From NCBI GenBank assembly GCA_963815195.1, contig CAWFGE010000022.1, positions 64,001 to 128,000 of the forward strand: a stretch of 64,000 nt of DNA, written 5' to 3'. Shown piece by piece: positions 40,458 to 55,109 of the stretch; positions within the stretch are counted from its first letter, which is position 1, and every line of letters starts with the position of its first letter. The notes beneath the pieces are model-generated. The model did not search any database. It saw nothing but the letters and a program-made list of their open reading frames with translations, and was not told the DNA's origin. The stretch is from an uncultured Planctomycetaceae bacterium (lineage in GTDB: Bacteria > Planctomycetota > Planctomycetia > Planctomycetales > Planctomycetaceae). Made by a program: the position numbers and the translations under genes.

Positions 40458-41877
40458 TCAAGGTTCCGCTCGTTCTCCCGATTCTTGTTTGAAGCCCCCG
40501 TTCGCGTTGATCGGCAAATAGACGTGAAACACAGAGCCTCGGCCGGGCGTGCTTTTCACGTCCACGCGGCCGCCGAGCGAGGAGACAATGCTGTGGACGA
40601 TGCTTAACCCCAGCCCCGCGCCGCCTGCATCGAGTTCGCTGCTCTTGTTCACCCGGTAGAACCGATCGAAGATGCGCGGCAGATGGGCGGCGTCGATGCC
40701 GACCCCCGTATCCGCCACGCGGACCACGGCTTCCGTATCCGTGCGGGCGAGACTGACCGTGATCCGGCCTTCCTCCGGCGTGTATTTGACCGCGTTGTCG
40801 ATCAGGTTATGAAACACCTGCCGCAACCGCGCAGCGTCGGCGAGAACTTCCGCGTTACACTTCATATCCGCCTCCAGGTTTTGCCGTTTGGCATTCGCGA
40901 GCGGGGCGAGCGATGCGATCGTTTCCGATAAGAGCGGCTCGAGCGACACCGCCTCGCGAACGAGTGGGTGCATGCCCGCGTCCTCGCGGGACAGCGCCAG
41001 AAGCTGGCCCGTCGCGGACGCCAACCGGACGCACTCTTCCACAATGCTCCGAAACCGGCCGCGGGCGTCTTCGAGATTCTTGGAGGCGTCCGCGCCCATC
41101 TCGGCTTCGCTGCGGATGACGGCGATCGGCGTTCGCAGTTCGTGCGACGCATCCGCCGTGAACCGCCGAACTTCCTCAAACGACCGCTCCAAACGGGCGA
41201 TCATGGAATTGATGGTCCGGGCCAGATACCCCAATTCGTCGGCCGGGTTGGAAATCGGCAAGCGGCGGTCGAGATGCTCGGCCGTGATCTCGTCCGCCAA
41301 CTGGCGAAGCTGCTCCACCGGAGAGAGGGCTTTATACGCCAGCCAATACGCGAGCGCCGCCGCGATTCCCAGCGTGATGGGAATCGTCATCAGCAAAGCT
41401 TGAACGACCTGCCCCAATTCCTCGTCGACATGCTCGAGTTCCGCGAACAGCATGAGCGTGTAGGAACCTTGCCCGGTGCGCACGGTCGCGGACAAACGGC
41501 GCACATGCCCCAGGTTGGGAAGCGTGAGATTGTCAAACTGGGCTTCGGAAGAAACGCCCGGCGGCACGCTCAGTTCGTGATCGTCTTTCAGTTGGTCGGC
41601 CTGGGCGACGGGATCGCCGTGGGCGTTCAAAACGACGCCGAACATCTCGATGTGCTTGCCGAACTTGCGGACCCAAAACCGGAATCGCTCGTCCGGATCG
41701 GCCGCAAGGTTCTCATCGCGCAACCTGCCGGTAGCGGGATTCGAGGATGCGGTCGACCTGGTCGTAATGCGTCTCCCGCAAGAGGCTGTAAACCAGAACG
41801 CCGAAACCCAACAGCACGACCGCAAACGCGGCCGTGTTCCAAAGCGCGATCCGCCAGCGAATGCTGAGCCGGGTCAT
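40458..41877 (-). CDS. HAMP sensor histidine kinase (CusS/CzcS-like); frameshift at about 41723
   Basis: LSIRWR + TM; FTADASHELRTP, NLIDNAVKY, DTGVGI, FDRFYR, GAGLGLSI. Confidence 0.9.
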
Positions 41878-42557
41878 GGCTCCTCCCGCACGGCGTAACC
41901 GACGCCCCGCACCGTCTCGATCAACGGCCGTGTTCCGGGGACTTCGACTTTTTTCCGCAGGCTGTTGACGCAGACATCGATGACGTTGGTGAGCAATCCC
42001 TGCGGCTCCTTCCACACATCGCGGGTGAGCATTTCGCGGGAGACGTTGGTGTTTTTGTGACGGAGCAGATACTCCAACAGCTCAAACTCCCGCTGGCTCA
42101 GTTCAATCTCCACGCCTTTCCTCGCGACCTTTCGGGTGAAGAGATCCATCTCCAGATCCGCACAATAGAGCAGCCGTTCCTGCCCCGGCCGGCCCCGGCG
42201 AAGGAGCGCCCGCAATCGGGCCAGGAGCTCCGCATGGGCAAACGGTTTGACGAGATAATCATCCGCCCCGGCATCCAGGCCCGCCACGCGGTCGTCGATG
42301 GAATCGCGGGCGGTCAGAATCAGCACCGGCTTTTGAAAACCGCTCTTCCGGAGATCGCCGAGAACCTGCAAACCGTCCCGGCCCGGCAGCGTCAAATCGA
42401 GCACGATGGCGTCAAACGCCTGCGCCGTCGCCTGCCGAAAACCTTCTTCCCCGGTCGCGGCGGCAGCGACTTCGTAGCCTTCCTGCTCCAGCATTTGCTG
42501 CAAATTCCGCCGAAGCTTTTGCTGGTCTTCGATGACAAGAATCTGAGGCATAACCAT
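41874..42557 (-). CDS. OmpR-family response regulator (CusR-like)
   Basis: ILVIED, LDLTLPGRDG, GADDYLVKPF, IETVRGVGY; stop overlaps the kinase ATG. Confidence 0.95.
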   Translation of the reverse strand: MVMPQILVIEDQQKLRRNLQQMLEQEGYEVAAAATGEEGFRQATAQAFDAIVLDLTLPGRDGLQVLGDLRKSGFQKPVLILTARDSIDDRVAGLDAGADDYLVKPFAHAELLARLRALLRRGRPGQERLLYCADLEMDLFTRKVARKGVEIELSQREFELLEYLLRHKNTNVSREMLTRDVWKEPQGLLTNVIDVCVNSLRKKVEVPGTRPLIETVRGVGYAVREEP

Positions 42558-42690
42558 GAGCCTGCGTTTCGATTATCAGCCGGAACGCGCTCGCGTCCGG
42601 TTTCCCGAGTGAACCGGGGCGGTGCCCCCCTGCGGGCTCAGCCCCCCTGCGGCTAATCAACCCCACAATGATTCATCGCGCGATCCTGAA

Positions 42691-42880
42691 TACTCACAAG
42701 GAAAGCGTGTGGGTGGCTGGGGTGCAAATCCTCCTTTGAATGACGCTTGAATTACGAATGCTGGGGCTGTGGCCTGGCGAGAAAAATCTCACACGGCCCC
42801 AGGTCTCAAATCCCCTTTTTCTTCGGAACAATCCTTTGCGCCCCAGCCACCCCCTCCGCATTCGACTTACAGTTTGAGTA
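42691..42880. repeat. MITE/REPIN-like element related to 35870-36045
   Basis: TGGGTGGCTGGGGTGCAAA ... TCCTTTGCGCCCCAGCCAC ... ACAGTTTGAGT. Confidence 0.55.
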
Positions 42881-42979
42881 AATACAATACGCACCCCGGA
42901 ATCGCCACGAAGAAGATCAGAGCACGGCCCGTCCATGCAAAGATTTTTTTCGTGCGTTTCGTGGTCCCTGAAATCTTCA

Positions 42980-46124
<3,145 letters not shown>

Positions 46125-46191
46125 TGAGTTCACTTCAAGCAAAAAAAACGATAAGGACAGAACCGAGGAGGAGATCGTTGAAGGTTTGTTT

Positions 46192-46256
46192 AGAGCCGCG
46201 CACAAAGTAAGCGGTCGGTTTTTTCATCTTGTTCCGCTTACTTCGTGCGCGGCTCT
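46192..46256. repeat. Inverted REP-like pair, same family as the 60.2-60.4 kb repeats
   Basis: AGAGCCGCGCACAAAGTAAGCGG and CCGCTTACTTCGTGCGCGGCTCT. Confidence 0.8.
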
Positions 46257-46269
46257 TTTCCCTTCGCGT

Positions 46270-47636
46270 TTATTCGACACGCACTTTCTGCCCCGGCTTG
46301 AGGCGGCCGATGGTGGCAGTGACGATTTGCTCGTTGCCGGTGAGGCCGGTGGTGATTTCAATGTGCCGGCCGTCGTCGAGGCCGGTGCCGACCTCCACGC
46401 GGGAGACCGTGTTATCCGCACTCACCGCGTAAACATAGCTGTTGCCTTTGCCGTCGTACCGCACCACGCCCGCGGGCAGCACCAGGGCGTCGCGCTCCGC
46501 GAGGGTGACGGTAACCTCTCCGTACATACCCGGCAGCAGCGTGATCTGGCGATCCTGGTTTTTGAGTTCGATCTCCGCGGTCATCGTGCGGGTGCTGGGA
46601 TCGAGCCGGCCGGAGACGCGGGTGAGTTTCGATTCGATCGCAGGACCGCGAACAGGCGCAAGTGGATCGATACCGCATCGCCCGCATTCGCCCAGGGGGC
46701 ATCGTTCTCCGGGATCTGAACCCGAACGCGGACGGTATCCACTTGAGCGACGCTGAAGAGCGGTTCGCGATTCTCAGCGGAAGAGGTCTGCGTGTTGCGG
46801 ACCAGATCGCCGAGATCGACGTTGCGGGCCGTGACGATCCCCGCAAACGGGGCCTTCAGCGTGGCGTAATCGATCATCGTTTGCAGTTCTTCGAGTTGCT
46901 TGCGGGCCACATCGGTTTGCGCTTGGGCGGAGTCGCGCTCCGCCTCGGCGGCGGCGATTTTCGATTTGGCGACCGTCAGCCGGGCTTCCGCCGAGGACAC
47001 CGCGGCCTCGGCGGCTTTTTGGGCCGCTTCGGACGACTCGAACCGCTTCTGCGATTCATCCAAGAGCCGATCCGCCACCGACTGCCGTTGCACGAGGTCC
47101 CGCGTGCGGACCAATTCCCGCCGGTCGGCCGATACCAGGGCCTCCGATTTCCCCACCTCCGCCTGGGCCTGCTTCCATTCCGAATCCGCTGCGGTCTGCA
47201 TCGACTTGGCGACCTGCACTTCGGCCTCGGCCCGCTTCTCATCCGCTTCCAACTTGCGGACTTCCGCTTGCTGGCGTTCCTTTTGTTTGTCGAGTTCCGG
47301 GACGCTCATAATCCCCAACACGTCCCCGGCTTTGACCTCATCGCCGATGTCGTGCTTGAGTTCCGTCAAATAGCCGGCGACTTTCGCATAAATCTCGGCT
47401 TCATAATAGGCCGAAACCGTCGCCGGCTGGGTCGCGGTGCGGCGGAGCGTTTTCCGCTCCGGCTTGACGACCGAAACCGTGATGGGGCCGCCGGTCGAGG
47501 CGTCATTTTGAGAAGCGGCCGCCGATTCGGTCTCAGCGTCCGCGGTCATCAAGGGCGAGTTCCCGCACCCCGCTAAACCCAGCGGGACCAGAAAGCCCAT
47601 CAAAACACCTGAATAAATATGGATTCTGTTCATCAT
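46270..47636 (-). CDS. RND membrane fusion lipoprotein; frameshift at about 46650
   Basis: LAGC lipobox, IYAKVAGY, KAPFAGIVTARN, TRTMTAEIEL, LLPGMY. Confidence 0.88.
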
Positions 47637-47999
47637 CACCTTGTCCACAAAAAATACCTGCCGCATTTTCCTATCCTGTCTCACACGGGCGGATTATTCA
47701 ATTACCGCAACATTAGAAGTCGCTAATTATCCGCGAGGTCCATCGGGAAAGGCCAGTTTCTTTTGAGGGAGGAGTCCGATCGCAACAAACGCAATCGTCG
47801 AGAGTTACGCAAAACGGCGTCGGCCGGCTGCTGGTCGATGGGTCCGAGGGCAAAGCGATGCAGGCGATACATCCCGCAAATTCGGTGAATCCCGCAAAGT
47901 CAAACCGCCGATTTTGTAGAAGACCTTTGATGTCAGGCGATCGTGATTGGACGATGCCGGCAAACGACGGATACCGGAAAATTCAGCGGGGGAACGGGC

Positions 48000-49710
48000 A
48001 TGCGAGGTTCGCGCGCGAACTATCAGCGGAAACTGGCGGCGTGGGCGATGTCCTTGTGCTTAGGCGGCTGTGCGGCGGACAGCTTCCGTGCGAACTCCAC
48101 GACGCCCCCCGCGCGCGAAGTCCTGCCGGCCGCGCTCGCGCGAAAATTCCCCGCCGACGAACTCGCCGACCGCCCGGAGCATTGGAACGCCGAACTGCCG
48201 CTGGTCGCCGGCGATCAACACACGCGGACCGGTTTGGAAGAACCACCCCGTTCGGCGGCTCCCGCAGTTTCCAGGCCGGCTTTCGATACGCCGATTCAAT
48301 TGACAGCCTCGTCCCAGTTGGAACAAAAACCTCCGATCAACGCGCCCAAACCGCTCGACATTCCCCAAGAAGCCCAGCCGGCGAACGACGCGGTGCCCCC
48401 GGTTCCCGAATCTCAAGCGGCAAGCGAAGGCACGCCTTTGGATCTGTCGTCGGTCCTGGTCATGGCCGCGGGCCGGAATCCGCAGGTCGCGTATGCCCAG
48501 GAGCGAATTCCGGGAAGCCTGGGCCCGGCAGGAGGCGGCGGCGGTCTTGTGGCTGCCTTCGCTCCAGGCCGGGGTCAATTATTACAAGCACGAAGGGGCT
48601 TTGCAGGCGGTCGAGGGGCCGGTCTCGAACATCAGCCGGGGCGGACTCTACACCGGCTTCGGAGCCCGCGCGATCGGGGCGGCGAACCCTGCGATTCCCG
48701 GTTTGTTCGCCCGGTTCGCTTTGAACGATGCGATACATCAACCCGAAATCACTGCCTGGCAAACGAACGCCCGCTGCCACGCTTCGGCCGCGACTCGCAA
48801 TCAGGTCTTGTTGGACACCGCCGTCGCTTATCTCAGGCTCTTGGAGGCCCACCAGGCCAAAGCGATCGCGCGAGAGACGCTGGCGAATGCGGAAAATTTG
48901 GCGAAACTCACCAAGTCCTTCGCCGATGCGGGCCAAGGCTCCCGGGCCGACGCCGACCGCGCCGCGACCGAGTTGACGCTCCGACAAAACGCCGTCGAGC
49001 AAACCGAGGAAAGGGTTCAAGTCGCATCCGCCCAGTTGGCGCAGCAGTTGAGTATCGATCCGACCTTGGCCATCTTCCCCACGGAGCCGGCGCTCATTCC
49101 GCTGGATTTGATTTCCGGAGAGCGGACGCCGCGGGAACTCGTCTCGCTAGGCCTCAAAAACCGGCCCGAGTTGGCGGAGAGCACCGCGCTCGTCCAGGCC
49201 GCGACCAAGGAACTCGAGCGGGTCCGGCAGGCTCCGCTTTTGCCCAGCCTGCTGTTGGGCATGAGTTACGGCGGATTCGGCGGCGGCGTGGGCGGGACGA
49301 TCGCCAACTATGCCGACCGTTTCGACTTTGAAGCCGCCGCTTATTGGCAAGTCCGCAACCTGGGCTTCGGGGAAAAATCCGCCCGCGACGAGGCCCAATC
49401 CCAACACCATCAGGCGCAAATCCAACAGGTCCGCCGGCTCGATCAAGTGGCCCGCGAAGTCGCCCAAGCCCAATCGCAGGTCCAAGCCAGGCAGCGGCAA
49501 ATTGCCATCGCCCAGCGAGGCATCGAAACCGCCCGCGACTCCTACCGGCGAAATCTCGAACGCATCCAGGACGGCCAGGGATTGCCGATCGAAGTTTTGC
49601 AGTCGATCCAGGCCCTCGACGGCGCCCGCCGCGAATACCTGCGAACGGTTGTCGATTACAACGAAGCCCAATTCCGCTTGCAGTGGGCGATCGGCTGGCC
49701 GGTGCAATAA
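48000..49710 (+). CDS. TolC-family outer membrane efflux lipoprotein; frameshift at about 48510
   Basis: LGGC lipobox; LPSLQAG, AVAYLRL, NRPEL, EVLQS, YNEAQFRLQWAIG. Confidence 0.85.
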
Positions 49711-50069
49711 CTTGCGCCGCCCCGTCTCAAACCTCGCCGAACCAGAAAGGGCCAGATCGGGCATGTGTTGACGCCAACCTTGATGATCGGCAGCGGTAAC
49801 ACATCCGGCCCGAGCCGTCGACTCCAACTCGCCCAAACCCCCACTCTCAATCCAGCTTGACAAAAACCGCCATCTTCCAATCTTGGCAAATTCCCACCCA
49901 TCAAACCCAAAGCAAACTCGGTCCCGCACCCTCGCCGTCAATGGCTTGGGAAATGCTCTTCATCCATTTTCCAAAATCGACTAACCTCCGCCCGAATTCC
50001 CCTAGATCACCATTTGTTGGAATTGGGCTTTGAATGCTCGGCGGACTGCCTACGCCCTCGCAAGACGGG

Positions 50070-50873
50070 ATGATTCACGCGATCGGACGATTGACCGTTG
50101 CCGCAGTGACGGCGGTGGGCGATTTGTCGCTGTTTTCGCTACGGATGATGGGGTGGACGTTCGCCCGCCGCCAGCGGTCGTCGGTGCTCGTTGCCAACAT
50201 GCACGAAATCGGCGTGCGGAGCCTGCCTGTGGTGTTGATCACGGGGCTGTTCATCGGGATGGTGTTGGCGGTTCAGACTTACGATCAATTCAAAGCCCTG
50301 CGGATGGAAAGCCGATTGGGAGCCGTCATCAACATTTCCCTGGTGCGGGAACTGGGGCCGGTGCTCGCGGCGACGATGCTCGCCGGGCGGGTGGGAAGTG
50401 CGATGGCCGCCGAGTTGGGCACGATGCGGGTCACCGAGCAAATCGACGCCCTCCGCGCCTTGGGAGCCAATCCGATTCATTACCTCGTGGTGCCCCGGTT
50501 CCTCGCGTGTTTTCTGTTGATTCCCATGCTCACGGCCCTGGCGGATGCGATCGGAATCTTCGGCGGCTGGTTCTTGAGCGTGGAAGTCTTGGGGATCAAC
50601 AATTTCCATTATTGGCATCACGCGACGAGCTATGTGGCTGCTTATGATGTGCTCTGCGGGCTATTGAAAAGCGTGTTCTTCGGGGCGGCGATCGCCTTGA
50701 TCGGTTGTCATCGAGGCTTCCACTGCGGAGCCGGGGCCGAGGGTGTGGGCCGGGCCGCGACCGAAGCGTTCGTGTTGTCGTTTGTGATCATCCTGGCCCT
50801 CGATTTCTTCACCAATGTGTTCTTCAACACCTTGTATTACCTCATCTGGCCGGGCACGGTCACGCTGACGTGA
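50070..50873 (+). CDS. mlaE: MlaE-family ABC permease (start uncertain, 50034-50070)
   Basis: [35 protein letters not shown]. Confidence 0.93.
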   Translation: MIHAIGRLTVAAVTAVGDLSLFSLRMMGWTFARRQRSSVLVANMHEIGVRSLPVVLITGLFIGMVLAVQTYDQFKALRMESRLGAVINISLVRELGPVLAATMLAGRVGSAMAAELGTMRVTEQIDALRALGANPIHYLVVPRFLACFLLIPMLTALADAIGIFGGWFLSVEVLGINNFHYWHHATSYVAAYDVLCGLLKSVFFGAAIALIGCHRGFHCGAGAEGVGRAATEAFVLSFVIILALDFFTNVFFNTLYYLIWPGTVTLT

Positions 50874-50903
50874 TTTCTTGCATGGAGGATAGACCGCCTG
50901 CCG

Positions 50904-51718
50904 ATGTCCAGCGACGTTTCTTCTCCGGAACCGCCGACGATCGAACTCCGGCACGTTTCGCGCGATTTCGGCGCGCAGAAGGTGCTGCGCGATGTGTCGC
51001 TGAAGGTGCACCGGGGCGAGACGCTGGTGATCATCGGGGAAAGCGGCTGCGGAAAGAGCGTGACCATGAAACTCATGATGGCGTTGATCGAACCCTCCCG
51101 CGGCGAAGTCCTCTGGAGCGGCCGGCCGGTGAACGACCGCAGCGAGCACGAACTCACGCACGACCGGCTGAAATTCGGGTATCTGTTTCAAGGAGCAGCC
51201 CTGTTTGACAGCATGAGCATCTACGAGAACGTCGCCTTCGGGCTCCGGCAGAACACCAACCTCGCCGAAAGGCAGACTCATGAGATTGTCTGCGAACGGC
51301 TTCGCGAGGTGGGCCTGCCGGAAAGCGTGGCCCGCAAGAAGCCGGCGGAGCTTTCCGGCGGGATGAAAAAACGCGTGGGCCTCGCGCGGCGCTGGCAATG
51401 ACGCCGGATGTGATGTTGTACGACGAGCCGACGACGGGCCTCGATCCCATTATGAGCGATGTGATCAACGAACTGATTTTACGAGTTCGCGCCCAGCGGC
51501 CCGTGACGAGCATCGTGGTCACGCACGACATGCGGACGGTGCAAAAAGTCGCCGACCGGATTGTGATGCTGTATCCCGTCTCCCGGCTGCCCTTGGACGC
51601 TCCGCAGATCGTCTTTCAAGGCACGGCCGAGGAAGCGTTTTCGACGGCCGATCCCAAAGTCGCCCAATTCGTCCGCGGCGAAGCCGGCGAACGCTTGGAA
51701 GAACTCGCGATTGGATGA
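50904..51718 (+). CDS. mlaF: MlaF-family ABC ATPase; frameshift at about 51389
   Basis: [30 protein letters not shown], then [10 protein letters not shown] and VVTHD. Confidence 0.9.
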
Positions 51719-51743
51719 ACCTTTCCTATCGAGGACAAAAATC

Positions 51744-52883
51744 ATGACGGAACGACAAATGCAGTTTCGTGTGGGGTTGTTCGTGATCGTGGCGGTGGTG
51801 GCGACCGGGGTGATGGTGTTTCACTTCGGCCAGCTCCAGACGCTTTGGCAGCCGCAGTATCCGCTCCTGCTGCATTTCGATTCCGCCCCCGGCGTCTATC
51901 CCGGCACGCCCGTCCGCCGGAACGGCGTCGCCATCGGCAAGGTGGAGGACGTGGTGTTCGACAAGTACGAAGGCGGCGTGATCGTGATGGCGCGCATCAA
52001 CAGCGATGTCAAGCTCCGCCAGGATGCCGAGCCGGGCCTGGTGCAATCGCTCCTGGGGGATGCGACCATCGAATTCACGCCGGGCAAAAGCCCGCGATTC
52101 TTGGCTTCGGGAGCCAAGGTCGAGGGCAAAACGCCCAAGGATCCGGTGCAGATCGTCGAGGATTTGGAAAAGAACGTCAGCATCACCCTGGCGACGTTCA
52201 ACAGCACGGGAGCCGAGTGGAACAAGGTCGCCCGGAACCTCAACAGCCTGATGGATACGAATCGCGGCAACCTCGACAAGGTGATCGAGCAAACGGTCGT
52301 CTCGCTCGACGAGTTCACCAAAACCATGACCATCGCCCAAAAGACGCTGAACTATGCCGACACGGTTCTCGGCGATCCGACGGCTCAGGCGAACCTGAAA
52401 AAATCGCTCGAATCGCTGCCGGGGATGATTGACGAAACCCGGCAGGTGATCCAAACCGTGCGGCTGGCGGTCGTCAAGGCGGACGAGAACCTGGCGAACC
52501 TCAATGGCGTCACGGCCCCCTTGGCCGAGCGGAGCACGTCCATCGTCACCCGGTTGGACAGCACGGTCGCGAACCTCGACGCGGTGTCCAGCCAACTCCG
52601 CGACTTCGTGGAACTGGCGGTGAAAAAGGACGGCTCCATCCAGCAATTCACCGCAAATCCCGATCTGTACAACAACTTGAACAACTCGGCCGCGTCTTTG
52701 GCGGTGTTACTCAAAAACCTCGATCCTGTGCTTCGCGACGTGAGAATCTTCAGCGACAAAATCGCCCGCCATCCCGAAATCATCGGGGTCAGCGGGGCGC
52801 TGACTCCCAGCAGCGGTGTCAAGGAGCCGGTGATGGAATATCCACAAACCGCCCGCCCGAATCCAATATTTCCGAGAAACTGA
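51744..52883 (+). CDS. mlaD: MCE/MlaD family protein with a long helical extension
   Basis: RVGLFV TM, GTPVRRNGVAIGKV, SLLGDATIEF. Confidence 0.88.
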   Translation: MTERQMQFRVGLFVIVAVVATGVMVFHFGQLQTLWQPQYPLLLHFDSAPGVYPGTPVRRNGVAIGKVEDVVFDKYEGGVIVMARINSDVKLRQDAEPGLVQSLLGDATIEFTPGKSPRFLASGAKVEGKTPKDPVQIVEDLEKNVSITLATFNSTGAEWNKVARNLNSLMDTNRGNLDKVIEQTVVSLDEFTKTMTIAQKTLNYADTVLGDPTAQANLKKSLESLPGMIDETRQVIQTVRLAVVKADENLANLNGVTAPLAERSTSIVTRLDSTVANLDAVSSQLRDFVELAVKKDGSIQQFTANPDLYNNLNNSAASLAVLLKNLDPVLRDVRIFSDKIARHPEIIGVSGALTPSSGVKEPVMEYPQTARPNPIFPRN

Positions 52884-53091
52884 AGCGCTTTTTGCTAAAA
52901 TATCCGTTAGGAACAGATGGGCCTGCCCATCTTTTCCAATTTGCGGCAGGGACGAGATGCCTTAGGGGGTCCGCCCCGGTTCATTTGAACAAGCAAGAAA
53001 ATCAGCCGCAGGGCGTAGCTCCGGTTCATTCCAACAACCGGACCCGGTGGCCGCGTGAAAGACAGGAATCTCAATCTCCAGGTGAGAACCG

Positions 53092-53646
53092 ATGACGGAA
53101 GCCACTCTTTCCATAAATTCGGCCGCCCTGGCCTCTTCCGTTCCCAAGCGGAGTTCGCGGGCGCTGTTGTTGGGGATGATCTTGGTGTTGGGCGTGGGTC
53201 TCGACCAGGCCACCAAATGGTGGGCCGAAACGACGCTCGACCGCACCCGTACGATTTCGATGGCCGCGGATACGTTCCGCATCCAATACGCCGAGAACCC
53301 CGGGGCGTTTCTGGGCCTGGGCGGCAATCTCTCGCCCGAATCCCGGTTCTGGCTGCTGACCGCGGTGAATGCCATGTTTCTGGCGGTGATTTGCGGAATC
53401 CTTCTTGCCCGCTGGCACATGCACTCCCCCCAATTTGTCGCGTTGGGGCTGCTACTCACGGGAGGCGTCGGGAATCTCGTCGACCGCATCACGCAAAACG
53501 GTCTCGTCACGGACTTTTTGAACGTCGGCCTCGGACCGGTCCGCACGGGGATCTTCAATGTGGCCGACATGGCGATCATGGCCGGGGCCGGCTTGTTGTT
53601 CTGGATGTCCTTTCACCACGAGTCCCATGCGGAACATGCCGAGTAG
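53092..53646 (+). CDS. lspA: Lipoprotein signal peptidase II
   Basis: DQATK, NPGAFLG, GNLVDR, VTDF, FNVAD. Confidence 0.93.
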   Translation: MTEATLSINSAALASSVPKRSSRALLLGMILVLGVGLDQATKWWAETTLDRTRTISMAADTFRIQYAENPGAFLGLGGNLSPESRFWLLTAVNAMFLAVICGILLARWHMHSPQFVALGLLLTGGVGNLVDRITQNGLVTDFLNVGLGPVRTGIFNVADMAIMAGAGLLFWMSFHHESHAEHAE

Positions 53647-53703
53647 GCCGAAAGGCAAAAGCGGCTCCGCCTGTTCCAGAAGCAACGGGACGACCTTCCA
53701 CCA

Positions 53704-53868
53704 AAACCCTGCCGGGCAAGCGAAGCTCAGGGCAGGAGAGCGGCTATTGTGCCAATTGCCTTTGCGGCTTCCGGCGGTCTGCGCAGCAAAGTCTTTGCCG
53801 ACGCCCAACGTCCGCAACTCTTTGAACCAGCGCTGGCCGGTCTTCCACTGCTTCCAGACATAACTTCG
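53704..53868 (-). mobile_element. Remnant of a group II intron reverse transcriptase/maturase C-terminal region
   Basis: Manual translation RSYVWKQWKTGQRWFKELRTLGVGKDFAAQTAGSRKGNWHNSRSPALSFA, resembling the ...WKQWK...LGV...AGSRKG.W..S.SPAL tail of bacterial intron RTs. Confidence 0.7.
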
Positions 53869-54293
53869 GCTGGAACGGTTCCGCCGAACAGGGCCCGCCG
53901 GTGAGGAGTCTTAACACCAGAACCAGAACGCTCCACGATGGGTCTCCTCAAGCGTCTCCGCTAATGGCTTGGCTTAGCCGCGATGGCGGGCTTCGGTATT
54001 TCAGGCGTTTGGGTGTGTCTCGGAGAATTTCTGATAAGTTCGGTCAGGGGGAACTGGCAACTTTTTCCGGCAAATCCCTGGACAATATCCAACGTCCTCT
54101 GTAAACAAAAACGTATTAGGTAAAAAACGCCGGCAGAGAATCCTGGCCCGAGGCGCGGGAATAGGGGAGATGGAACGTCTTCCACCGGAGATCCCGAGCG
54201 AGCCTCGGCCTCGGCCGGGCGAAGACACAACCCGGCTGCAAACGCGGCTCGGCGTGCCCTGGGTGAAGAGAAATCCAGAAAGAGTACATTCCA

Positions 54294-55034
54294 ATGACGA
54301 ACGAAAAAACCGGCGAAAAGCCGATGATCGTGGCGGAAGGCCTGAGCAAGTTCTACGGCCCGTTCGTGGCGGTGCGGGATATTTCATTCTCGGTGCCCAA
54401 GGGCCAGGTCGCCGCGTTTTTGGGGCCGAACGGCGCGGGCAAATCGACGACGATGAAACTGCTCACCGGGTTCCTGGCCCCTTCGGAAGGGCGGGCGGTC
54501 ATCGGCGGGTTTGACGTGTCCACCGACCGGGAAGACGCCAGCCGCCTGATCGGCTATCTGCCCGAAAATGGCCCACTGTACAACGAAATGACCCCCAAGT
54601 CCCTGTTGAAATACATGGGCCACGCCCACGGCATGTCCTCGTCTGAACTCAAGCACCGCCTGGACTACGTCGCCGACAAGTGCGCTTTGACCTCCGTCTG
54701 GTCCAAAACAATCTCCAAGCTGTCGCGCGGGTTTCGCCAGCGGGTGGGCATGGCGCATGCCCTCTTGCATAATCCCGAAGTCTTGATCCTCGACGAACCG
54801 ACCAGCGGCCTCGATCCCAACCAGGTGCACGACGTCCGCAACCTGATCCGCAGCCTGGGCAAGACCAAAACGATCCTGCTCTCCACGCACATTTTGACCG
54901 AGGTCAAGGCCGTCTGCAGCCGGGTGCTGTTGGTCAACCAGGGCCGAATGGTTTTCGACGGCCCCGTGGAAAAAATGCAAGGCACGACCGAAGAGATGGA
55001 AAACAAATTCCGCGAGCTCACCGCGGCCCGGTGA
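54294..55034 (+). CDS. ABC transporter ATP-binding protein (GldA-like)
   Basis: GPNGAGKS, IGYLPE, LSRGFRQRVG, LDEPTSGLDP, LSTHIL. Confidence 0.93.
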   Translation: MTNEKTGEKPMIVAEGLSKFYGPFVAVRDISFSVPKGQVAAFLGPNGAGKSTTMKLLTGFLAPSEGRAVIGGFDVSTDREDASRLIGYLPENGPLYNEMTPKSLLKYMGHAHGMSSSELKHRLDYVADKCALTSVWSKTISKLSRGFRQRVGMAHALLHNPEVLILDEPTSGLDPNQVHDVRNLIRSLGKTKTILLSTHILTEVKAVCSRVLLVNQGRMVFDGPVEKMQGTTEEMENKFRELTAAR

Positions 55035-55109
55035 GCTGGTGGACGCCAAACTCAAATGATTTCTTAAGCCAATTCGAACTCAGCGAGAATCTGACCGGAA
55101 GAGAGCGCT

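Noticed and set aside
53646..54290. Structured ncRNA (SRP, 6S, riboswitch) in the long intergenic gap
   Set aside because: No recognisable consensus; part of the gap is better explained as a maturase remnant
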